From the NCBI RefSeq assembly GCF_001194135.2, contig NC_068983.1, forward strand, positions 132,613,607-132,651,564: a stretch of DNA of 37,958 bases, written 5' to 3'. Below the pieces are notes generated by a model that did no database searches, was not told where the DNA came from, and was given only the letters and a program-made list of their open reading frames with translations. This DNA comes from Octopus bimaculoides. Lineage: Eukaryota. The first letter of the stretch is position 1. Each line of letters begins with the position of its first letter. Positions 25,377 through 35,680 of the stretch are shown in pieces. The translations under genes and the position numbers were made by a program.

Positions 25377-25440
25377 GTCGATTACAACGACTTTAGTGAT
25401 TAACTGGTACCTATTTAATCTACCGGTACCTATTTTATCC
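25377..25440 (-). mobile_element. SINE family A fragment
   Basis: aagtcgattacaacgactttagtgattaactggtacctattt matches the family A body in reverse. Confidence 0.6.
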
Positions 25441-25850
25441 TCAGTGGCAATATTTTCTTCTTCTATATTTTACCAGATGTAATAACTTGTCCTGAACTTT
25501 CCCAGGTTTATAATCTTAAGAATATTATTTCTCTTGCTTGTATTTTTTCCATGTAATCCATGTTTTTTCCAGGTTATGCTATTATGATAACTAATAATGT
25601 ATCAAATGTGTCAATTAGCGGTGCTTTTGATAATTTTTTCCTTACCTCAATGATGCTGGTAACATATATTAAAAGTCTCCCTATGGACCCATATTCATAA
25701 AAAAATATAGAACTATATTATCACTCCCAAATTGAAAAACAAACACTCATAACTTCTTTCTTTGAAAACTTCATTGCATGAGATTGATAACATCAAATTA
25801 GTCAAATTGAGCTCTATCATTTAAACTTAATTAGAATATAGTTTGCTTTT

Positions 25851-26243
25851 GAGTGGCTGTGTGGTAAGTAGCTTGCTTAGCAACCACATGGTTCTGGGTT
25901 CAGTCCCACTGCAGTGGCACCTTTGGCAAGTGTCTTCCACTATAGCCAAAGCCTTGTGAGTGGATTTGGTAGACGGAAACTGAAAGAAGCCCGTCGTGTA
26001 TATGTATATATATATATATGTATGTGTGTGTATGTGTTTCTGTGTCTGAGTTTGTCCCCCCAACATCGCTTGACAACCGATGCTGGTGTGTTTACGTCCC
26101 CGTAACATTAGCGGTTCAGCAAAAGAGATCGATAGAATAAGTACTAGGCTTCCAAAGAATAAGTCCTGGGGTCGATTTGCTCGATTAAAGGCGGTGCTCA
26201 AGCATGGCCGCAGTCAAATGACTGAAACAAGTAAAAGAGTAAA
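25851..26243 (+). mobile_element. full-length tRNA-derived CORE-type SINE, family B, with internal (TA)n/(TG)n
   Basis: A-box-like tggctgtgtggtaag, B-box-like gggttcagtccc, CORE-like cctttggcaagtgtcttc, internal microsatellite, and a (taaaagag) tail. A second copy lies at 23296-23556. Confidence 0.9.
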
Positions 26244-27279
26244 TTGACCTTAAATCCAATGTTTTGCCTTATTTTTTTTTTCATGATATTTTACCTCATA
26301 ACTGTCTGGATTCGAATTTTTGTTGCATGGGGCCATAACTATGAAATTCTTCATGCTTTCTGCTGTCATTGAAGCTAGGATAAATACATTTTGCTTCTAA
26401 AATAAAAAAAAATAATGTAAACTTGATTGGTAGCGTTACATACTCTCCTATAACGTTGCTACAAATTTTGAGGTAAATCCTACTGGACCAAATCTCAATT
26501 TTTCGTATGCCAAAATGTAGCTTGGGAACGGTCTTATTCAAAACTGTTAACAATTTTTGATTTGGTTAATTAGTAACAAGGTCTGAAAGATGTTGCGTGT
26601 GAATATATCGCTGCCTTAAGAATATTATTCAACTACTACCGTAGTTGAATAAGTTTTATTTCTGATTTTCTGTTCTTAAATAATTTTATTTGTTTCAAAA
26701 AATTGAGGAGAACGCACTTGCAGCTATCAAGTTTGTACCTTGCATATACACTAGTTGTCACGTTTGTTGTTAAATTAGATTACTAAAATAGGCAAACAGT
26801 TAAAAACTATATTTAAGTGAACTTTCTCCTCTATACCTGGTAAAATAGATCGTCTTCGAAATCTACGAAATCAATAAAATTAATAAAATGCACCAAAGCA
26901 TTTCGTACTCATAGAGCAACCCGTAAGAAAAATACAAAAACTAAACTTTGAAAACCGTACTCTGGAAAACGCTACCATAGAAAACTATGGTAGCAATAAC
27001 AAAATCAACAACGATGACGAAGAGGCAAAATTAGTAACAATGAAGATAAGGTAATGATATCGTTGTAATAATAGTAGTTAACATAAACAGTTTTCTAATA
27101 AGTGATTTTAATAACATTTATACTAGATTCTGAATAAATTATCAAGGTGAGAAATGAAATCAACATCAATAATATAATATATCAGAAGACAATCTATCAT
27201 TTTTATCCTCAACACGTATTGATGTAGACCTTAGGCTATTAGAAAGGTATTTTGGAATATCCCATATAAGACTATAACA

Positions 27280-27700
27280 TAAAGGCAGGCAAATATAATG
27301 GGTGCCAAAAAGTGACCAAACGAAGACTTTTAAATCTTCGGAGAAGCAACTATGTTGTAGAGACCTTTCTATCATATTTTCATATGGAAGATGAAGAGGA
27401 AATACTAAGGAATCTACAAGCTAGTGATTAGATTAAGAATACGGCTGCTAAGCTAATATGTGGCCAAGAAAGGCTCCTACATGTCTATCGACCAAGTGGT
27501 TTTGGATACTGAAAAACAACTTGAGACTCGAAAAGTAGAAGCTGAAACATAATATCTATTTTATATCACAAAGCAAAAGCCCGCATGCCAGAAACTGCAA
27601 AGTATACACCCTGCTGTAGAATTCAAAATAAAACTATAGAATATATGGTTATAAAGAAAGCGAATAACTGCTGTAATAGATACCAAGCTTTAGACAAAAG
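27280..27700 (+). mobile_element. possible very decayed RLE-type LINE C-terminus
   Basis: Fragments KAGKYNGC, IKNTAAKL and QKLQSIHPAVEFKIK loosely recall R4-type C-termini. Many stops; weak. Confidence 0.25.
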
Positions 27701-28238
27701 AAATTCTATACATGAAGGAGTGAGGGGCTTCATAAGTTACAAAGAATGCCACTAATTTGGAATCTATACATAAAGTCAATATGATTACACTCTGAGAAAT
27801 GCTGTTTCACTTGGACATTGAAATTACGATATATAGCCTTGACGCTAATATGAAACATCATCAGGAAAATGCTAACCTAATCGATATATTAATTTTCAGA
27901 TATCTCATATAAATGGAGAAAAAAAAAACAGAAAATAAAAATCTGAAAATAAGAGATTTTCAGAATATGGTGATTGAAAATAGAACCCTTTTCTATAATA
28001 ATAATTGAAATTATAAAAACAGAAGCGGAAAAAATATAACCAAATGTGCGTGCTCTGGTAGGTGCATGGGTGTGTGTATGTGTGAGTACATGTGTGTAGT
28101 ATGGTTATATCTGCCTGTGTTTACGTGTATATGTGTATATATGTGCATGTTTATGGTATGTGTGTGGAGGATGTGTGGGGGGATTTGTGGAGGGGGTGGA
28201 TGTGTGTGTGTACTCTTAAAGATTGAATTACTGGTGTA

Positions 28239-28398
28239 ATCTCGATATTGAGAGGATGTAGGTTTCTATTCAGTGTTAGGAAGCCTTCAAGTCTGCAAAT
28301 ATCAATATTGTTGAGGTGCAACTCAACAATATTGATATTTGCAGACTTGAAGGCTTCCTAACACTGAATAGAAACCTACATCCTCTCAATATCGAGAT
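28239..28398. repeat. perfect inverted repeat with 77-bp arms and a 6-nt loop
   Basis: 28239-28315 is the exact reverse complement of 28322-28398; the loop is gtgcaa. Confidence 0.98.
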
Positions 28399-28986
28399 GT
28401 CCAGTATTCTATGCATAACTGTACATTCTAATATGGGATTTACAATATTTTAGTGTTAAGTTGTAACAATCTATATTTCTTGTGCATCAATCGAAAACTA
28501 ACAAGCAACTAAACGAGTGCCACTACAAACCCACTAATAACACGACTGAGCTATTTTAGAAAACAACAAAGGAGTGTATTACTAATTATAGATATGAATC
28601 TAATTTTAGTTTCGACGAATGAAGACTCCAGTGATTTAGATTTTTTTAAATATACTTTTTAAAATTATATATGTCATTAATCATCATGTCTGTCTGTCAT
28701 TATTTATGTTTTGTCTGAGTATGATGCTGTCATGCATACAATTAAAATATACTACCAATTTCAGTCGCTTAAAAAGACAATATAGATATACTGAAATAAA
28801 AGGGAATATATAATGAAATAAAATTGAAGTTAAATCGCTCTTTCTAGGAGCTCACATTTTTTTTTTTTACGTGAAGGAGTAAGCGAGAATGAATATGTCT
28901 ATATCACATTTAGCTGTAATCGAAACTCTAAATACTAAAAGTTAACGAAAGTAAGTTAACTATGCAATGAATTATGCCGAGGAACC

Positions 28987-29538
28987 ATTATCCCGTACAG
29001 CATTGTCTCTTCGCGAAATGATCTGAAATTATCACCAATAATAGCTAGTCAAGCATGTGAAGCTTACTGTCCGAGTAAATTTCAGATATCCTTCCCAAGC
29101 CATTCCTCAAGGACCTCAAAAGTGTCAAAAAGAATAACTTAAATAAGGAAAACCAACCTCCGAACACAATCACACAACTTAGGAATTGAGACCATTAAAT
29201 TCTGGTTGAATAATTATACAAGTGAACTGATTTGTGCATAAATATGACGTGATATAAAGGCAAAATTTATTGTTAAGAACAAGAATTGTATGTTAAATGA
29301 CAACTTTTTCAATAAAAACTTCGACAGCGACAGGGCGAAAACAAATCTTCTCAATTGCATATCTAATTATGGGGTCTTTAGAGATTTGGTGCACCAAAGG
29401 TCACAACGAAAATGTGGAAACTTATTCTTCAAACACATACAAGCAACCTGGAAATGTTACCTCGATGATTGCTTCAATCCATGGAATGAAAGCATAGTGA
29501 AACTAAAAGAATTTGGAACACTCTCCATGAAATTATGA
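28987..29538 (+). mobile_element. Penelope-like element reverse transcriptase remnant
   Basis: Across frameshifts: DLKLSPIIASQACEA, ISDILPKPFLKDLKS, HNLGIETIKFWLK, STATGRK..SIAYLIMGSLEI, WKCYLDDCFNPWNESIVKLKEF. These are the PLE RT motifs (LRPIIA, GIEAIKFWL, GTAMG..A.L.MG.LE, RYLDDCF) in correct order. Confidence 0.85.
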
Positions 29539-29944
29539 AAAAATATATAATTCCCATAAGAGAGGAATATATATTTACTATGTTTGAGTGTAGATGATCG
29601 AGGGGCAGATAATTTTTTCCTGCTTTGCCAAGGATGTTTGCCATTTTCAGGATGTTTCAAGGATGTTTCAAGGATGTTTGCTGTTAGTTGATGGATGGGA
29701 TGTCTTTTGTCCATATGTTTTTGTGTCTGTGCATTCAAGCATATTGAACTAAAGATCAGATACAAGGATGTAGGCGGGAGGAATTTGTGTAGCACATGCA
29801 CATATATGTGAATGTATGTATATTTCTTTAGAAAAGTATGAGAGGTCCTTCCAGAGGCATAAGCTAATAAAACCAGATTCCCGAATTCTGTGATGTGTAT
29901 ATTCTCCCTTGGGCAAGACGCCGGACAGTCAGATGAACACTCAT

Positions 29945-30085
29945 TCATGCCGGCTGAGTAAACTGGAGTAGCGTGGAAGGGAGTATGTTTTCAAGAACAC
30001 AATACCTCACTCGGTCCATGATTCGAAACCAAAATCACGGGACTTTGAGTGGAACACATGTTTACAATACCATAATCACTAAGCC
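29945..30085 (-). mobile_element. 5' part of a tRNA/CORE-type SINE
   Basis: Reverse strand reads ggcttagtgatt..gtttcgaatc (B-box-like)..tgttcttgaaaacatact..ctccagtttactcagccggca. Same family as 4162-4390. Confidence 0.6.
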
Positions 30086-30123
30086 ATGTGCCTTCATACA
30101 CACACACACACACACACACAAAG

Positions 30124-30167
<44 letters not shown>

Positions 30168-30929
30168 NNNNNNNNNNAAGTAGAAAATGCAAAAGTACTT
30201 TTATAAAGAACATTACGGAACCGGTTTCGATCCTTGAGATCTTTTCAACAGTAAATATGAATAATAAATTTTTGGAAAATTATTGAAAAATGAAATTTTG
30301 GTAAATTAAAAAAAAAAGCTTTTTTAAAAACATATTTGTATAGTATTCAAGTAACAGCGGCATTTTTCTTGTTCCTGCCTGTCTCTGTTTCACTTGTTAA
30401 CTCTTGTGGGTTCGAAGAAGGACTGCTATGATAGTAACAGTGTTAATTGGTTGGGTGTTCTGACATTGACCTGTTGATGGACGCAGTGATCTGTATTGTT
30501 TATAATGTTTGCGTGGGTGTTATTCTAGACAGCAGTAGTAGTACTAAAGTAAAGGAGGAGGTGGTGGAAAGGAAGAAGATGATGGAAAGATGAGGGATGG
30601 GCAGAGAAAGAGAAATAGTAATAATAGAATGCAGGATAGTGTGATAGTAACTAGTCTTGTGAGTAGTGATTGGGGTTGTTTTTTTTTAAATATTTTTTTT
30701 ATTTTTTTATAAATTCATGCGTATCTATTTGGAGTTTATCATTTTTAATATTTGTGTGTGTTTTATTCTAAGGTCGTGGTAGATATGTCATTCGTTGTAG
30801 ATGCGTTCAGAAGGGGTCTGTATTGTGTGATGAAGAGAGATTCTTTACTTATTCTTGGGCTGTAGGATGTATCGTCTCTGAATTGGTAGAGGGGAAAGAT
30901 TCTGAAACTAGGATTATTATATTTTCAGT

Positions 30930-31700
30930 GCCGGGTCACTTGTTAGTTCTCTCATGAATGTCACTGGTAACATAGCATCCAGAACAACGTGTTGCATGGT
31001 CGGATCGGTAGAGACTAAACCAGTGCCCACCAGTCTTTGCGCGTAAGATGGATTGCCAGAAACACAGGAGATCTATGAACAAGATGTGTGAAAAGAATAG
31101 TTGAACTGAGTGTAGGTTCTGCATCTATCTAGCAACAGCACGGCCTGTCAGAAACTCTGGTGTCCGGTATGGTGGAATGCCACCGGAAATTATGCACCCC
31201 TTATCTTTTGTTAAAGCATATCTTTGGGAAAATGTTATTCTGATGTAAACCTGATATACAAGGAATGGCATTGAAAACTTTTGGGGATCTTTTGCTTGTG
31301 CATCAGATCATGGCGCTTCCACATTTCTGATCCTGTGACCCATATTGGCTCGAGATATCATGCTCTGGATTGTGTCAGTGTCATGTCACTAGGGTGGAGA
31401 GGGTCTGTGACGTATTGTGCAAGCCTTATTGGACCTCAAACTTTAAGTTGTTTAATCTCCGGCAGAGCGACTATCCGATGCCCGGTCTAATACTATGGCC
31501 TCGAGGCGCGGGTGGAAGTCGCGGAAGCGAACCCTGGTAGAGTCGGCTGCTGGAACAATAAGCTCGTGCCCGAGTATTGATGGGCAAAGTTTCTTCAAAC
31601 TCACTTTTAATTTTATTGAAGAGTACTCTGGCGACACGTTCAACGACCAGTCAGCTAGTTCGTCAGAAGGATGTACTTCATTAATCTACACATCAATATT
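30930..31700 (-). mobile_element. GC/CpG-richer segment, possible decayed L1/Tx1-type ORF1
   Basis: Interrupted minus-strand frame with STRVRFRDFHPRLE, GIPPYRTPE and GGHWFSLYRSDHATRCSGCYVTSDIH loosely resembles an RRM plus zinc-knuckle ORF1 layout. Inference only. Confidence 0.3.
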
Positions 31701-32494
31701 TTCGTCCCAATTAAGCTTCATATTACTTCTAATTGAGTCCCTCTTACATACGCTACGTTGCACATGAATAGACATTGTTAAATTTATAACCATCCGTCAG
31801 AAGCGCAGATATGTGAATTATGCTACCTATCAATGTGTTAGCTTGAGTCATATATGATTTATAAGCATATTTGTTTCTGATTGAATAGTGAAGAGGTGTA
31901 CATCTCCTCTAAGATTCTACAAGGTATCAAACGTTTCATGAGTAGAAGCCATCCATTTTCCCACAGAACAAGAATATAAACAGGGCGTGTTGCAATTTAA
32001 TTATTATTTAACCTCACTGAGGCTTTATAAAATTTAAATATTAAATCTCTCATATACGTCATTTATATATTTGTACACACACATACACACACACATTCAG
32101 ACACGAATAAAAGCACACACATATACATACGCGCGCGCGCGCGCGCGCGTGTGTGTGTGTGTATAATCAAGTTAAAATAATGGTCATTTCATATGATTCC
32201 TTTACTATAGCAAATTTTGCCTACACCTGTATCCAGTAGTCATTATATTTAGGTTTACTCAATTCGTCTGTTATTCAATGAAGGTAAATTGAAAGACATA
32301 AGAAAATTAATGTTACCTTCGTCTGAGCCAATGCTGGAGATAACAAACAGAACAATTTAAGAATGGCTATTGAATGGCGAAATTTTGAGCAGATTGGGAT
32401 GTTTAAGTAGAAAAGTTAAAGCCAAGTTATAAAGATTGGTAGCAATTGAGGGAGTGGTACCAAGTAGAAGTAGCAGTAGTAGTATGAGTAGCAG

Positions 32495-32855
32495 TATACA
32501 AATATTCTGTAATTATAAGCATAATTATAATCAGGGGTGAACTAATTGCTTCGCTACCCACCGAATTTAGAAATAGGAGTTAAAATGCCTTTTCTGCTAC
32601 CATAAAGATCTCCCAGACAGTAACATACTTTTTTTTTTTTACTCGAAACGTGTATTTAGCTAATCTGAGTAATATGGATTCGTTATATATATATATTTTT
32701 TTTTTTTGCCTACGTAAAAATGTGTGTTACTGTCTGGGAGATCTTTATGGTAGCAGAAAAGGCTTTTGAACTCCCATTTCTAAATTCGGTGCATGGCGAA
32801 ACAATAAGCTGACCTCTGATTATAATTATGTTTATAATTATAGAAGATTTGTATA
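32495..32855. mobile_element. MITE-like foldback element
   Basis: Arms at 32495-32625 and 32725-32855 are reverse complements. The inner 39 bp (gccttttctgctaccataaagatctcccagacagtaaca) match perfectly. Ends are tata..tata, a possible TA target. Confidence 0.85.
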
Positions 32856-32979
32856 ATTTTACCTGAAAAGGTTATTTTAACGTACTGAACTACTTGGTAA
32901 AATTATTAATTATTAATTAATTTATTGATTAATTAATTAATTAATTAATTTTACCCTTTTATTATTATTGATATTTATA

Positions 32980-33013
<34 letters not shown>

Positions 33014-33498
33014 AATATATGTGTGTGCGTGTATGTGTAGGTATGTATATATCTTGTGGTCTGTATGCGAATAACAACGTTATAATATACGTATAATATG
33101 AATAATAAAAGATTTATTCTTGATCATTGTTGTTTTTACTAAAATTATCTCTGTCTAAAAAGAGCGCAGACTAATTACTAATTACTAAGTATAAACTGGT
33201 AACAAATGTAAATGAGATACGATGATACCCTTAAGAATCAAAAATTTTACCAAAATCCGACATGACTTTAAAAAAAGACATTCTGATTACCTGAAAACCA
33301 GAAGGCAGCTGTAGAAACGTGTTACGCCATAAAAGCGGCAACAATCACATATCCTTCCAAATAGGTGCGTGGTAACGTGTGTGTGTAGGTGCATTTGTGT
33401 GAATGGATGTATTTGAGTTTCTATCACACATTTTTAATCCGATGTAGCTTTGCTTATACCTGCTAAAGCGACCAATTATATATATACGTTTACAGATA

Positions 33499-33514
33499 TG
33501 TACGGACACACACA

Positions 33515-33566
<52 letters not shown>

Positions 33567-33593
33567 CGAAAACACACACCTACGCGCGCACAC

Positions 33594-33622
<29 letters not shown>
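33499..33622. repeat. (CA)n microsatellite
   Basis: Directly visible. Confidence 0.95.
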
Positions 33623-33624
<2 letters not shown>

Positions 33625-33872
33625 GAAACACACACTTGTGAATATATTTGATATGTATATATTTATACATAAATATCTATATACACAGTGTTGATTATGG
33701 ATTCACACAAGAGTTAATGGTAATTAAAAGAACGTCATCAACACTATTAAATACAGTGAGATATTGTTATCTGTTCCTAACAGACTCTGGAAGAGGAACA
33801 AAAACATTACAACAGCCACTCACATTATGTATACATACATGCACACATACATGAGCATATATATGAATACAT

Positions 33873-33929
<57 letters not shown>

Positions 33930-34315
33930 CTCACACATTTCCACATTTCCTCAAATTATCATCATTGGTCTCTAGGTTCTTTAATTAAAATTGAATGAAC
34001 TACGGTAAGGACGTAATACAAATGTTGAAGACACGTTCAGTCATACTTTAATATTCACCTTTACTTTATTTTTATATCATCGCATACATTAAGCTGTCAA
34101 TATATTTTGCCGTACATCAACTAGCTGTTCACTGCCACGATTTGTATGAAAATTAAATATGCATATATGTGTGAGTGCATGTATGTATATACATACCTAC
34201 AAACATGCGAAAATATATATGTACACACATGCATGTATATATGCATACATATATATATACATATATACACCTGCAAAAATATATAAGCACATATATGTAT
34301 GTATATATATTTATA

Positions 34316-34354
<39 letters not shown>

Positions 34355-34664
34355 NNNNNNNNNNNNNNNNNNNNNNNNNNNNNNNNNNNNNNNNNNNNNN
34401 NNNNNNNNNNNNNNNNNNNNNNNNNNNNNNNNNNNNNNNNNNNNNNNNNNNNNNNNNNNNNNNNNNNNNNNNNNNNNNNNNNNNNNNNNNNNNNNNNNNN
34501 NNNNNNNNNNNNNNNNNNNNNNNNNNNNNNNNNNNNNNNNNNNNNNNNNNNNNNNNNNNNNNNNNNNNNNNNNNNNNNNNNNNNNNNNNNNNNNNNNNNN
34601 NNNNNNNNNNNNNNNNNNNNNNNNTAAGTATATCTATGTATATATATATGTATCTATGTATATA

Positions 34665-34784
34665 CATGTATACTTCTGTGTTTGTGTGTGTACGTATATA
34701 TATATATATACATGTATACTTCTGTGTTTGTGTGTGTACGTATATATATATATACATGTATACTTCTGTGTTTGTGTGTGTACG
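34665..34784. repeat. minisatellite: 3 exact copies of a 30-bp core separated by (TA)n
   Basis: catgtatacttctgtgtttgtgtgtgtacg at 34665, 34711 and 34755. Confidence 0.95.
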
Positions 34785-34816
<32 letters not shown>

Positions 34817-34824
34817 AACACAAA

Positions 34825-34859
<35 letters not shown>

Positions 34860-35384
34860 GTGACTGCTATTATCGCTGGTGTTTGTTCGCGGTTTGTCGC
34901 TTAAACATTTTATGGTTTCATAGTTTCATTTAGAATATATGTATATACCTTTGTTGTGTGTGTTTGTGTGCGTGTGTGTGTGCCCTGTGTGTGTGTGCGC
35001 GCGCGCGTGTAAGATAATATGGGGTTGGATTTTATTCATCCAGCCATGAAAGTAAAGTCATATTTTACTTTATATATAGAAGGTAAGGTAACTACCGTTC
35101 AGATCTGATGCACCAGCTTTTATAAAACCTCCACTAAACAGCGGAACATTAGCACTGGCTAATATTATCACTGCTTTTACATCATTGTTGCTTCAGACGT
35201 TAAACACATCTCCAACCTCAACTGCAACCACGGTACATGGCACCTTCAATACGTCTGCACCTATTTTCTTATGTCGTCACCAACCAACTTACTTTAGCAA
35301 CAGAGGCATAACAACTGACCGAATATAGATTTGTACAAGCAACCGAGACAAATATACTTCAAATTCTATCTCAGTTGAATTCCT

Positions 35385-35460
35385 GTATGCAGTATGGGTG
35401 AAGGTATGTTAGTGTATAGTGTTTGCAGTCGTATTTATGCTGCGTATTTGCCTGTATCTA
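35385..35460 (-). mobile_element. short Penelope-like RT motif remnant
   Basis: Minus strand reads YD(C)K, then a frameshift, then TLYTNIP (35402-35433). Compare the PLE RT motif YDFSTLYTNIP. Confidence 0.45.
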
Positions 35461-35630
35461 GGTGCTCTTGTAACCTACTACAAAAAGGAATTATTAATAA
35501 TGAATCTATATATAGTGACACAAAATATTTATACATGTAGATGCATTATGTTGACTTAAAAATATTCCTGTGAAAGGAGGGGATTAAAATTTATGCATAA
35601 GACTTTCCGATTGTAAGATGAAGCTATATA

Positions 35631-35680
<50 letters not shown>

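Noticed and set aside
34665-34784. CRISPR-like array
   Set aside because: The spacers are plain (TA)n, the context is eukaryotic, and there are no cas genes.
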